Position numbers and translations under genes: made by a program | NCBI RefSeq assembly: GCF_006345805.1 | Contig: NC_042998.1 | Span: forward strand, 169,880,001 to 169,944,000 | From: Octopus sinensis | Lineage: Eukaryota | DNA length: 64,000 nt | Reading direction: 5' to 3' | In this document: piece by piece, positions 12,792-26,108 of the stretch | How the letters are laid out: each line of letters opens with the position of its first letter | How positions within the stretch are numbered: the stretch's first letter is position 1 | The notes under the pieces: model-generated | What the model was told of the DNA's origin: nothing | Databases searched by the model: none | The model's input: only the letters and a program-made list of their open reading frames with translations

Positions 12792-13089
12792 ACATTGACT
12801 AAATTGTAGAGAGCACATATACAAAATGCTAATTAAACATCTCATTCAGATTACTGAATTTTAAATTTAGGGCTCCATTAACAAAATAGCAAATGTTTAT
12901 TCTATAAGATATGCAACATTCCTAAAATCCCAAAGAAAACACTTTCTTGCGAAAAATTTATTCTTGTGAAAAGAAGCCGAATGGTTCTGGCTGTAGGAAA
13001 GTGATGTAATTTTTCTTTTAAATAAAATGAAATAAAGAATATCACAGGTTCAATTCTCTCTGTGCTCATGTATCAGCAAAACTACTCTC

Positions 13090-13505
13090 ACATCTTTTCC
13101 ACGCTGGCATGGACGAGACAGTCAAGCAGTATTTTATGGCTGGATGCCCTCCATGTGGCCAAAACATATCAATTTTTCAAACAAAATAATTTTTTGTTCC
13201 ACTGGTCTTCACATGTTGAAACTAAAAGAAAAAAAAAACCCTACCCAGCCACAAGATATAGGGGCATTGTTTACAGGAGATATAAGTCACCATCACACAA
13301 ACGGTATCAATCCAAAGACACATAGAAATAAACCCTCTTGCAACACATAGACACATACAACAGGCTTCTGCACAATTTCTGTTTAACAATTTCAGTATAT
13401 GACATTGCTCAATATAATAGTATAGTAGAAGACACAAGCTCAAGGTGTTACAAGGGAACTCAAAGCTGCATGGTTGCTAATTGAATTTCATAAACCACAT
13501 AGCCA
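13090..13505 (-). mobile_element. SINE family A' (A head plus RTE-type tail), decayed
   Basis: Reverse match to 29822-30279. Confidence 0.7.
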
Positions 13506-13609
13506 AGTTTGTGTGTTTTGTCATAGTAGTAGTATCTAGATGGAAACATTTCTGTGTAGGGAAATATGAGGTTTTTACACTTCAAGTGAAAGAAAGAATA
13601 TATAATAAT

Positions 13610-13745
13610 TTCAAATTTTGGTACAAGACCAGCAGTTTTAAGGAAAGGGATAATTTGCTATCATTGACCCCAGTGCTTAACTGGTACTTATTTTATCGAC
13701 CTTGAAAGGATGAAAGGCAAAGCTGACCTCAGCTGCATTTGAAGG
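13610..13745 (-). mobile_element. SINE family B, 3' part
   Basis: Contains CTGGTACTTATTTTATCGACC..GAAGGATGAAAGGC. Confidence 0.8.
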
Positions 13746-13759
13746 CAGATTATATAATA

Positions 13760-14306
13760 CTTGCATGTGGGTGTGATGTTGCATGTGAATAAGATATTGG
13801 CATTGAATCAGACAGAGTGCAAGACAAAAGAATGCATTGGTACAGACATGTTGTGTGTATGAAGGATAACAATTGGATGAAAATGAGTGAACTGGTAAGA
13901 TCTGATCTCAGAATGCTGAACCTCATGAAAAAAGATGGCAAAGACCATGACAAGAGGTAGACATTGTGCTGAAACAGACATATTTAACTCCTGCCTATAT
14001 GGGACAATGGATGTCATGGTGTCATGTGAAAAGCACGCAGTCAACTCTATAAGGTGGTTGGTATTAGGAAGGACATTTAGCTGTAAAAACCATTCCAATA
14101 CAGACCCCCATGGGTGCTGGTGCTACATAAAAAGCACCTAGTCCAACCTGTAAAGTGTTTGGCATGAGAAAGAGCATCCAGCTATAAAAACCTTGCCAAA
14201 ACAGACAGTGGAGCTTGATTAAGTTCTCTGGCTTGTCAGCTTCTGTCAAACCATCCAACCCATGCTAGAGTAGAAAACAGAAGTTAAATGATGATGATGA
14301 TGATGA
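13760..14306 (+). mobile_element. RTE LINE 3' end (ORF remnant plus 3'UTR)
   Basis: Reads VQDKRMHWYRHVVCM...ELVRSDLRMLNL, followed by duplicated UTR units and an (ATG)n tail. Confidence 0.82.
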
Positions 14307-14971
14307 TAAAATCAGACAGAGAGAAAGAAGTGTATGTATTTCAGTAACTATATCATCACCATGGTTTCATGGTGAAACACAGATGGATATTTATGGATAC
14401 ACAGATGATTACTAATATTCATTTGGATACTGATGTGAAACTTTGTTATACAACTAATGGCATACTGCAAAAAAATATAAACACACACATACTAGGTTCT
14501 ATACACTTCCTTGCAATTATATCCCTTTTAAAAATTTGAACCCATTTATTATGTTCCATTGTAAATTAGAAAATGTATCGGAATCAGTTATAAACTTTGC
14601 TGAAAGTACTGGTAGTATTATGTACGCAGTAAGTTTGTATGTGTACAGTGTGTATATATTCTGTTAAATTGTGTTTGTACCTACTCTGGCCATGACCATT
14701 GACAACTGAAATTAAGACATAGTTTCTCAACTGGGGTCCATGTAAGATTGTATTGTTTAAATAAGGCTTGGATTAAGGCTTAGCTTAATCATCAATGTTT
14801 ACAAGAAATATGTAGGCAGGGAGGTAATTCCAAATGGTTGTAGCTCTGGAAATGAAGAATAGGAATGGTGATGGAGGGGATAAGAGTAAAATTCAACTCT
14901 GATAAACTGAAGCAAAAATATGAAATTCATTAAAAGGGCTCCAATAATATTATCTCTATTAATTTATGATA

Positions 14972-15853
14972 TATGTGGTCTGATCAATAAGTATCCAGAC
15001 TGTTGACATAGTAATGAAGCTAAAGCATGCAGAGTGAAGCTGCTTGGCACAGATTGGCCTTGAACTCTGCTGTGCATGTGCACTAAGTTTTTACATTCTA
15101 GCTCACTTCTGTTGTTTACAGAAGTGCTTGGGAGAAAGGTGTATAGTGTGTGATTGTCACACTGACCATGACAGAGCAAGTTGAGCAGAGAATCTGCATT
15201 AAATTTTGCCAAAATCTTGGCAATAACTGCTCAGAGGCCTATGCAAAGTTTCAAAAATGTTTTCATTGTTCTGAACACAATCAAGGTGATCTGGAGCAAC
15301 TGAAACCTGAATGTCATTTCGGTCAGCTGAAAGCAGTTTTGGCACAAACTTGGCAAGTACGTGTCTCATACCCAAATCTTCAGTGATAATGGACTTAACT
15401 AAACTGTAACTAATCTGCACATCCTCTGATAACTAACTCACAGATGGTGATTCAATGATGGTGCATGCACATCTGTAATGTTTTTCTTAATTCTGCTGGT
15501 TGTGGGTCTCCCAGAATGTTTGTCAATATCAACATTTTTTCAGCCATCTTGGAGACATCTGAACCACTTGTACACTTGTGTGTGGCTCATACAGTTTGTG
15601 CAACTTTGCATAGGCCTCTGACAGGTATTGCCATAACAACTTTCCCTGTCATAGTCAATGCGAGGATTACATGCTACACATCTTCCTTCCAAGCACTGCT
15701 GTAAACAGCGGTAGTGAGCTAGAACATTAAAACTTAGTGTGCATGCACAGCAGAGTTCAATGTCAATCTGTGCCAAACGGCTTCAATCTGTATGCATGCT
15801 TTAGCTTTCTTACTATGGCAACAGTCCGGATTCTCCTTGATCTGATCTCCGTG
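14972..15853. mobile_element. Non-autonomous mariner derivative built from two inverted 5' ends
   Basis: Inverted arms of about 280 bp start TA-TGTGGTCTGATCAATAAG. The plus arm encodes MTEQVEQRICIKFCQNLG. The minus arm encodes QVYKWF, SGRPTTS and EDLGMRHVLAKFVPKLLS (mariner HTH and WVPHEL-like linker). No catalytic domain is present. Confidence 0.88.
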
Positions 15854-17859
15854 TAGTGTCACAAGAATACTAGCTCTAGGTGTGTGTGAGTTATTGACTC
15901 AATAAGATTTTCATTTTATACAATTTCATTTATACTGTTGTCTCTCCTCCAGTATAATACATCAGCTCCAAGATAATGTTGGCACTAATTATCTTTAGTT
16001 ATTGTATAATTTGACAGATATTTAAATAGAATATAATGAATGTGAGATTAACCATCTGGAATTTCAGGTGTTTAGTTATATAGTTTGCTTTTAACAAACC
16101 TAATAGTAACATGATTTAGATAAATTAACCTTAATGAAGTTGAAATGTAGCAATTTTCTTTCCAATTAAAATAATAAATCATTATAAACAAGGCTTTTTT
16201 TATGCCTTTCAAAATAACAATTATCTAACTAGTTTTGACTATCAACAACACTTTTTTTTTCTGGAACTAATTAAAAACAAAAACATTTTTAGGTGGCTTT
16301 TGTTAACTGGACATCTGGAAGAAGTAGGTAAAATTCATAATGTTAACAGAAAGACAACTTTGTAATAAAAAAAAAAAATCATGAAAAGGGAAATTAATTT
16401 TTAGGGTTTTTTCTATTATTTATAATTTTTTTTTTGTGGTCATACTCCCCACCCTCAGACAAGTTAGTTTCCTCACAGTTCTGACATTTTTAATCATAGG
16501 TATTTAAACTGTAGTCACAGTTAATTTCCTTAGTGAAACTTCAACACTAGAAATACTTTGTATCTTTAAATAAAAAGAAACTCTAGATAATGCAAATGCT
16601 TTTGCACCTGCATAAAAGTAATTTTGGTAAAGATGATGATAATGGTGGTGGTGGATGTGTTGTTGGGGGCTGATACACACCTGGCAAAAGGACAAAAAAC
16701 AAAAATCCCTTATTGCAAAACACACATTTTACCCACTTTTTTTTATTATTTATTTATTCTTATTTCTATTTTTTATAAAATTAAAAGAAAAGAAATATTA
16801 CAAATATAGCAATTAACATTTCCGGAAAAAAACTACCCCACCCCCAAGAAAAACAAACTAAAAATAAAAAAAAACTTTAAAGTCTTATCTGTTAACTTTT
16901 TCTATCTAACATGAATTCCTTGCCAGGTGATTTCTATCAATTTTCTAATTCTCTTTACCACTTCACCATCAATCTCACACATACAACCAGTTGTATACAT
17001 TTGATAACCCTCAAAGGTTTATTTGGTATTTTATTTTGAACATGTCTCAAATATCTAGTTTACGAGTTGATACCAGGAAAATTATTTAATTGAAATGTTT
17101 TTTTTTTACAGATACCATTAACAGGCTGAAAGGGTAACATGAAATCTTCAAGGTTTAATTAATTTCAACAAATGACAGCCAACAAGAAAACATCAACAAG
17201 CTGATACCTGACTTATTTATTTATTTATTTCTATGTCAGTAAACTTGCATGCAGGCAGTAACTGACAGAATTGTATATAAGTCCAAAGGTTTGTTTTCTA
17301 CAGCAGAAATCCTCTTTACTGTAGGTGTACTATCTCTAACTTGGCAGAACATAAAAAAGATAGCTTTAACAAGATGAGAAACCAGAGCAATAAGGGCTAT
17401 ATACAAGTTGAAACAGGTGATTAATCAAACAACCGAGGGAGTGATAAGATAATTTTATCTGCAAATAACAGTAGCCAAATTTCTCTTAGATCTTACCATA
17501 TTCAGGAAAACTAGTCCATTTGTGGTTCAGAAATACTATGCTAGACTAGATAAAGAATGGAATTGCCATGGCTGGGCTGCCTTCGATCAGAGCTGTCTTG
17601 AAATAACAACAACCTTGTGTTCAATGGTACTCAATGTTCAGATAGGAATAACAGCACCTTGCTTGACTTTTACAGAACAATATTAATGAGTTGATAAAAA
17701 TTCTCACTTTTTAACACATCATCTATTTGACATTGCAATACATAATAGTCCAACCTGTCTTTCTCTTGTACTATCAGATTTTATATTATATACTCTTAGA
17801 ATTAACTAGTTTCTTGAGATAAATTACTATTCTGTTTTTAGTTATATTGAAAGCCAGGT

Positions 17860-18370
17860 TAGGTGTGAGAGTATATGCCATTGCAGCTCATTGCTGCATC
17901 ACCATTTCTATATTCCTGGGTCTTTCTGGGCAATCCATCAAGCACAGTCCAAGTCAGTCCCCATCTTCATGAGGTACTTCTTATCTGCTATGACCACATG
18001 GCATGTGGTCAACTAACACAAGCAGTCAACCCAATTGAATCCTCAGCCAAGCAGACATGGTAAGCAGGGTCTAACTTGGAAAATCAAGCAATGTGGATCA
18101 AACAGTCTGAGCTGGCACTCATACACATAACAGGATGCATACAATAACTGTTTTCTGCAGGAAAAATTCTAGCACTGCTTGATGGTGTTTCTAGCTGACA
18201 TCATAGCAAAATGAGGTGATTAAAAGCAGACCAGTCATATGGTTATCAAGAAGAGCAAACATTGATTTCAAATAGTCTGGCACCACATGGTGTTTCTAGC
18301 AGACACCATAGCAAAATAAGGTGATTAAAGAGCAGACCAATCATATGATTAGAAGAGTAAACATCAGTTG
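17860..18370 (-). mobile_element. Second RTE-like LINE family, decayed 3' end with internal ~80 bp duplication
   Basis: The minus strand reads ECQLRLF.HIA.FSKLDPAYHV (cf. QLRLFGHVAR..DPA). Direct repeat at 18182-18262 and 18287-18364. Confidence 0.6.
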
Positions 18371-19336
18371 CTAGAAAAGGTTATTTGAAAAAATGTTTAA
18401 CTCTTTACAAATTAGACGAATGTCCTACTTTAGCTTCTATATGTGTCATTTTCATAGTTAAAAACGATCTACATTGAAGAAATTCAATGGCTTAAAAATA
18501 ATCTAATGACACTATCAGATTACTTTTATAAGTGAGAAGTAAAATTTTTAATTAGTAAGAAATAAACCACCAAGCATTATATACTAAATAACACTAGTAA
18601 ATTAATCTTTTGCTTAACTGATAACGATTTGTCTTTAAGACTTTAATTTGTAGATAAGCAAACACCAAGAAGTAAACATGAGAAAATAATTATAAATCAC
18701 TATAATTAGTGAGACTGTTAGATTGGTCATTCTGATCTTGTTTTTTTAAATCTACAAATTATGCTGCAAGGCAAAATTTACCCATTTTCTCTGTTACATC
18801 TCCAAGGAACCACATTTCTTACTCAATGAACTCTTTCTCTCATACTGGAAGTTTTGAAACACTGAAGTTGAAACGATTGGATTGGAAACAAAACCTCTTA
18901 GCATACAATTTTAAGCACAGAAAAAGTGCTGGTAGGCAGCAAAACTAGTGCAACTGCCAAATGCCATAATTTATATCATTATCAACATCATTATTGCTAT
19001 CTCAAGTTTAATATAATTCATGCAAAACAAAATTTTAAAACATTGCAAAATGGTATTGTTGTCGCTACAAGTAAATAAACAAGCCTAGAATGAAATTAAA
19101 TTTCTCTTTTTTCAGCATTTTATAGCAGAGAGCTTTGTAACAATCATTAGCTTTATATTTATTTTTTAGCTGATTTACGTACTTTTACAAGAAATTTTAT
19201 ACAAGTCAAAAACTATTTAAAAAAAATCGTAACAGGATTTTTCTCCATACAATAGACTTAAATTCAAATCTGTTAACAGTTCAGCTTTGCTATTAACAAA
19301 AAGACAAGCAATGACAACTAAAGAATTATTTCTTAT

Positions 19337-19715
19337 AGGTGTAGGCATGGCTGTTGGTAAGAAGCTTGCTTCCCAACCACATGGCTCTGGATTCAGTCCC
19401 TCTGCATGGCACTTTGGGCAAGTATCTTCTGATATATCTCTGGGCTGACCAAAGTCTTGTGTGTGGTTTTGGTAGAAAGAAACTGAAAGAAGCCCCTGTC
19501 TTACCATACATGTTGCATTTGTCCCCCTGCTGGTGTTGGTTTGGTTACATCCCTGCAAGTTAGCAGTTCAGCAAAAGAGGCAGATCAAGTAAGTACTAGA
19601 CTTAGAAAAGAAAAATACTGGGGTCAATTTGTTTGACTACAAAAAAACCCAAACCTTGTCAGGGTGGTGCCCCAGCATGGATATATAGTTCAATGATTGA
19701 AACAAGTAAAAGATA
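19337..19715 (+). mobile_element. SINE family A
   Basis: Head to tail colinear with the 3774 copy, with an internal deletion. Confidence 0.88.
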
Positions 19716-20792
19716 GAAAACATATGCAAGCATACAGGCATTCATCTAGCTGTTGAAGAATACTTGATAATGTTTGATTTATTTTCCCCATGTTTTACAG
19801 ACATTGACAGCTCTTGTCTACGGTTGATTAGAACAACCAGATTCCAATCAATTTACAGAGTTTACCAACCATGATGTATCTTTGTGCAGCAGAGCCCAAT
19901 CATTCCCACCAAGAAATGCATACCCTGGGATACTTGCTGTCCCATGTATAACCTTCAAATTGTAAATGGGAAGAATTAAAACAAAACATTAGCTGCACTA
20001 GCAAGTTATTCTTGTCTAAAAGGGTCTGAAAATGGTACAAGTATTGTCTATGCAGCAGATTAGCTTTAAAACAAAATATAATAATGCTATTACATTATTC
20101 TTATCTAGCACACAGACTAAACATATGAATAAAGCAGCATTTAAAATACAGTATTCTTTGACAGAACATTTGATATTCAAATGGGTTTCAATCACTTCCT
20201 TTCACAGCATAGCATTATGAATTGAAGTATTAGGTTTCTGAAGTTCAAGAGAGTGCAATTTCAATTCACAGTGATGGCATTAATTTATTCAACTTCTTTA
20301 ACAACAGATAATTGTATAAAGTACCTCTCAGCTAATAAATATACTCTTCTATCATAACAAGTAGTGTTGTGCCCTTCAGCAAGTTATTTCATTCTATGAC
20401 AGCCCATCAAAATAAAGAGTGGCAGTCATCAAACTAAATGGAAATTAACAAGTAATTAGTTAAAATACACAAAGTATCAAGGCTATTACAACTTTTAATG
20501 CTTTTGATATAAACTGACATCTCTGGTCTCTCGTTAGTGACATGCTCTCTTGTTATTGAATTGAAAAAGTGATTAAGATTATTGCAATTAACAGATAAAA
20601 ATTCCTTCTACCATTTCAAATCTAGAAACAAGCCAAAGAGCTAACTCTAATGATAATTCGCTGATCCAAGGTTTTAAACATGTTCAGTTGATAAAAGTGT
20701 CTCAACTCATATTACATGTTTGAGACTTTACCATATTTGTATTTAGCATGCAGGACACTTCCTTGGAGTATTTTCCTTTGGTCCTGTTATTG

Positions 20793-21003
20793 GTTTCAAA
20801 TTTTGGCACAAGGCCATTAAGTTCGGAGGGGGTGGCTAGTCGATTACACTGACTCCAGACTTCTACTGGAAATTATTTTATTGATCCTGAGAGGATGGAA
20901 GGCAAAGCTGGCTGTCGGAATTTAAACTCAGAACATACAGATGGATAAAATGCTGCTAAGTATTTTGCCTGGCATGCTAACAATTCTGCCAGATCACCAC
21001 CTT
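20793..21003 (-). mobile_element. SINE family B
   Basis: Reverse match to the family B head and body, with the shorter tail variant. Confidence 0.82.
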
Positions 21004-21541
21004 CTTTAGTCCTGTTACTGATATTCATAATCAGTGTCATTGTACACACCCACATTATCTCTCTCTCTCTCTTAGACACACACACACACTTCTAATTATT
21101 GATGAGATCTAATAAGATCAAAACAGGTACAGATTTTCAGCAGCTGATTTTACAGATAAAACTCTCTCCTAACTGCATTGTCTTTAATTCCAAAGAATTT
21201 AGGTTGTTTAATGCTATTAGAGTTATCTCCTTTCCCCATAGTTTTTAGATTTAAAACACCCTTGAAGGAAGTTTATTTTTGCATTCTAATTGCAAAATTA
21301 ACCTCAGTTAATCTATTTTACAACCTCATTTCACAATGTTACACATTTTGACTGAACATGTGTGTATTTAGCATGTAGAATGCTCCTTTTGAGCCCTGTT
21401 ATTGGAATTTTGCTCTGACTTCTCCATAAATAAACACCAAGATTTTGACAGATAAAAGTTTTATCATTGTCTTATATAAGAAAATACCAGCTAGTAAAAT
21501 AGTTAGGATTTCTTTACAGATGTGGCTGTGTGGTAAGAAAT

Positions 21542-21763
21542 TTTTTGATGTCAACCTGCTTGAAACAACTTGTTATTTGATGCAAACTCTGTATTTTGAA
21601 GTGATATAAATTAAAACCTTCCATCAAAATTTCATGGCAATTCATGTTCCAAACATCAGCATAATAAAAACAAGGTTATTATACTAAATTCTTTATTATT
21701 ATCAAAATTAACTCAAACAAATGCAGAGTGTTTCAACAGAAATATGGTTAACAAAAGGGTTAA
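21542..21763 (-). mobile_element. piggyBac-like (TTAA) MITE, family 2
   Basis: Ends AAAAGGG-TTAA and is a reverse match to 44586-44797. Confidence 0.65.
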
Positions 21764-21789
21764 TGTAGTGAAAGAATGTTCTGAAAGAT

Positions 21790-22110
21790 ATGTAAATTTA
21801 TGCATCAAAATAGCAACAACAAAATTTATACAAGTATATTACAAGTATAATGAGACCGTTTTGTAGGCAAGATCACCCTGCTAGTTGGAGGCTTCAGGCA
21901 TGTTTTTCCCCATACTTCATGGGATACAAAAACTGCTATTATTGGTATATGTAATTAAGCACCCTCATCTGGAGTCACATTTCAAACATTTTCATCTACA
22001 CCAAAATTTGCATGCCACTGAACAGCAGAGAAACTTTGCAAACTTTAAGTCAGAAATGGAAGTGCTGCTATAAGAAACCAGTTATTTACCAATGAAGATG
22101 AGGAAACGCT
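21790..22110 (+). pseudogene. PIF1-family helicase relic, probably a Helitron RepHel fragment
   Basis: FVGKITLLVGGFRHV (cf. FGGK..LLGGDFRQV), then IKHPHLESHFKHFHLHQNLHA..QRNFANF (cf. IKSSPLW..F..F.L..NMRA...FA.FLL). Frameshifted. Confidence 0.72.
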
Positions 22111-22349
22111 CAACATGATATTGAAAGATTAATAACTAATACAATACAGGAAGAAAAGCTATCAAGTATCATTCTCTCACACTCAGGCTGTATTATAATC
22201 TATGAAGTATCAATGCTCCTTCTACATAATTTTTGAAAATATTTCAAAACAGATAAATTAGTGACAACCAATCAGTAACTGAAACTTCTCCATTCATTCT
22301 CTATGCATAATCTAAATTAGAAAACTGGAGCAGGTTAATAATTTAAAAT

Positions 22350-22545
22350 GAGGCATGCCAAGCAAAATGCTTAGCAGAATTTTGTCTTTCTTTATGTTCT
22401 GTGTTCAAATTCTGCTGAGGTTGATTTTGCCTTTCATCCTTTTGCAGTTGATAAAATAAGTACCAGTTGTGCACTGAGGTCAATATAATCAACTCATTCC
22501 CATCCATAAAATTGCTGGCCTTGTGCCAAAAATTTGAAATCATTA
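22350..22545 (+). mobile_element. SINE family B, 5' truncated
   Basis: Contains GTTCAAATTC..GCCTTTCATCCTTT..GATAAAATAAGTACCAG. Confidence 0.83.
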
Positions 22546-22799
22546 ACTTAGAGTGAGGTGCCAACTGCATAAGAAAGGGTTAAAAGATATGGAAAATAGA
22601 AAAGATAAAAATTAAAAATAAAATATAATATAATAATTAATCTAAAAGATTTTATGGAGCCATTATTGGACATTCTGATGCTTCATATTGTCCATCAAAT
22701 TTCACCTCACAAAATGTCCTTTGATAATGTGATTTCTTGGAAATTGCTTCCATTTATGAAATAAGATGAAATAAGGGGGAAGACAAATTAGTCTTCATT

Positions 22800-23203
22800 T
22801 CACCACCCACTATTCCATGCTTCCATAGTTTAGACAGTTTTTCTTGAGGAAGATTTTCTATGGCTAGGTGCCTTTCCTGTTGCCAACCCTCACCTGTTTC
22901 CAAGCAAGGTAATTTTTTTTCATGGCCAGACATGTTCTTGCACAACACTGGAAATAAATGACACTAATTATATGACAATGACAGTGCATCTATAACTATT
23001 GCATGATGTAAAAACAAGGAGAGATAAACATTCACACACAGAGTAGGCTTTTTATCAGTTTCTGTCTACCAAATCCATTCACAAGATTTTGCTCAGTCTG
23101 GAGCTATAGTAGAAGACTCTTGCCTAAGGTGCCACACAATGGGACTGAATCTGAAACTATGTAATTGGGAAGCAAACTTCTTAACCACATCGCCATGCCT
23201 GCA
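22800..23203 (-). mobile_element. SINE family A'
   Basis: A head at 23040-23203 joined to the RTE-tailed 3' module. Confidence 0.83.
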
Positions 23204-23634
23204 ATATCTAGTAAAATTAAGATGGTTTTAAACTTAAAAATTATCCAACACCATGGTGAAGAAATAATCATATTTTAATAATATTCTTTTGGAGTGGAAT
23301 AGAATTTCTTAGCCTGAGAACCACTGTGCGTGCGTGTGTGAGTGATTGAGCAAGTGAGTGAGTGAGGGTGAGTGAGTGAGTGAGTGAGAGTGTGTGAGAA
23401 AGAGAGAGAAGGAGAAAAAGAGAGAGGGAGAATTTGGGCCTGATTTGGAGTGTTCTAAGTAAAGGTGAAGATTAACAAAGAAGCTAAATAACAGTTTTCA
23501 TAAAATAGTATTGGCAATCCTATTAAAATAATGGTAACTACCTCTTCCCCTCTAAGTAATGTTAAAAGAAGGAAAGGTGATCCAACTTTAATAGTGCAGA
23601 GTTTTAATGAACTTTAGATATGCTAGCATGAATA

Positions 23635-24120
23635 TATCAGGTTGAGTAAAAAGTAAATAATGTTTTGAACCATGAAGAATTTGTACTGGATTTTTGCAGA
23701 GTTGAAAATTTTTAAAAGCATTTTTGTTTTGCAAGTGTCTGCTAATACAGACGCAGACTTGCCCAAATGCATCAATAAATTAACATTGAATTTTTTTCAC
23801 TGTTGTTATAATAATCTGAAATGGAACTGTCAAAGAACGATATTTGAGCAATTTTGCTATTCAACTTCAAAAAAGGATGTAAAGCAGCTGAAACTGCTCA
23901 TGGTATCAAGGAAATGTTTGGTGAGGAAATGACCAGTGAATGGTCAGCTCAAAAATGGTTTAAACGATTTTGCAGTGGAGACCTGAGCCTTGAAGATCAT
24001 GAGCACAGTGGACACCCATCTGTCATTGATGATGGTCAATTAAAGACCGATACTGAGAAAGATCCACTTAAAACCACTCAAGAACTGGCAAAAGAACTTC
24101 TAGTTAGCCAGAATAATTAT
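23635..24120 (+). mobile_element. 5' fragment of a mariner element (left TIR plus transposase N-terminus)
   Basis: TA-TCAGGTTGAGTAAAAAGTAA TIR. ATG at 23821 gives MELSKNDI*AILLFNFKKGCKAAETA...AQKWFKRFCSGDLSLED..SGHP, an Hsmar1/SETMAR-like HTH. Truncated. Confidence 0.9.
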
Positions 24121-26108
24121 TGACAAAAAAAAAATATTCAAGACAAAAATAAATATGAGTTAGAATGTATGAACATATTCCCTAAAAAAAGAGAGAAAAA
24201 AAGAAAAAATTATGTTTATAATAAGATTGTCATCTCATAATTAAATTGCCAGCCTGTTCTTTCTTTTGTCAAACAAGATGGGTTTAATAGGTTGTCAAAT
24301 TTACTCTATTTTATAAATAACATTTTTTTACATCAAATTCTAGGCATGTTCCACTCATATGATACTTAATATCTTTGGCATACCTTTGTGGCTGTCATCT
24401 ACTATCATGTAATCAGTCCACCCACCAGCTGATAGCATCAGATAATTCTAATCTCTTACATATTAAACTACCTAAAGTTTAGTTTGCCTCTCCTCCTATG
24501 TACTTGACAACTATACACATAACATTGTTTTACAGTCACTGCAGATCTGTCCCTTACTTTCTGTATTTCAGTACTGCCTAGCACAGAACTTTTAGCACGT
24601 ACCATAGCAGTTAGCCTTGAGTATAAAAAGAAAATATTTATCTTATCAACAGAAGCAGAAGTTCTCCAAACTCTTTTTTTCAGTCACAACAAATTAAGAG
24701 TTGTAGTTCATAGAGTGTTGCAATTTCTGCACTTGATGAGTGAAGCATTTCTTTGAACTTAGTGACAGCATTGGAAGCAATATTTATTTACTGTTCTCGT
24801 GTATTCTTGGTAGCCATTCACTCAACATTGCCCAAGCACTAGAAATTCCTCAGTACTAAAATGTGCATGCAATAAATGAACCAACAAGAGCCTCAATGTG
24901 ATTGTCTGACTAGCTAGAAATAGCAGCCAAATCTCTATTAAATTACAGTATTATCTTCAAAAAGAAAGGATGTTAGATAATGTAAGCCACTGCTTGAAGG
25001 GTTGATAATGGTGATAACATCTTTGATCACAGATCTGCTTTTGGTTTTCTTAAATGCTATAAATAAAAAACAAACAAACAAAAAACAAATTAAATGATCT
25101 CGTAAGGTAATCTTTTATAAATTAATATAGTAACTGAAAACGTAATTATATAGTTAATCTATTACTGATTCCAAGTCTGAGCAACCTTCATATGAAAGGA
25201 GGTGACTGTCATCGAAATAGTTATTGCTTTATAAAACAATCGAATACAAAAATAATAAACAACCTTCATTCAATGAAAATACAAAGTATTGAAGATGTCT
25301 ATACAGTTACTTAATTTGCTAGAAATAGCAGCCAAATCTCTCTCTCAAATCATACCTTATCATTTAAAAGGTAAAATAGGATATATTGGATAATATAGTT
25401 CTACATGAAGAATAAGAAATTCATAGCTGGAACATCCTTAATTAAGGGTCTACTTGGTCAAGGCTGACCTGAGATTACTGAATAACAATGGAACTTTGGT
25501 TACAGTTAACTTCGATAAAACCACAAAAACCGGCGAGAGAATTACTTTATGGATTTTGTGAATGAAAATGTTACATTGAATTCATATTCTGTATAATTTC
25601 ACTGTGAGAGAGGCGTTAAAAATTGTATGAAAGACAACACGGTTGATGCAAGACATAAAGCTATAATTGTAAGAGGTAATTATATTGTGTAAGATAGAAA
25701 CAGAGAATGGTAGTGATTTTCAAATTCAGCAAAGATGTTAACAAAATAAGATTGTACATTTTTTCTGTATAAATATGAAAAAAAATACATTGGAAAAGAA
25801 TGCACTTTATAATAATCAGGATAAAGTCTTTAATGACTATAAAAAAAAAAAACAGTAGTTTTTTTAGGATGTAAAAATATATGTTCATAAATATTTGCAA
25901 TTTGCAAATTGTACAAGAAGGTCTGCATCAGCAAAAGTGATTACAAAACTGATTACTTTGAGAATGAGATTAATTGCTTCTAAGTTATAAATAGTGGCAG
26001 AATCATATGTTATTTTAATCCAAGTAGAATAATAATATGTAGAGAAGTTTTATGAATTTTAGCATTGCTCATGTTACTGAGAGCAAAACATATTCTTAGT
26101 AACACGTA

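Noticed and set aside
16580-16680. LLLCRC resembling the start of a TGF-beta type I receptor ectodomain
   Set aside because: An in-frame TAG follows within a few codons and the rest of the cysteine pattern is absent.
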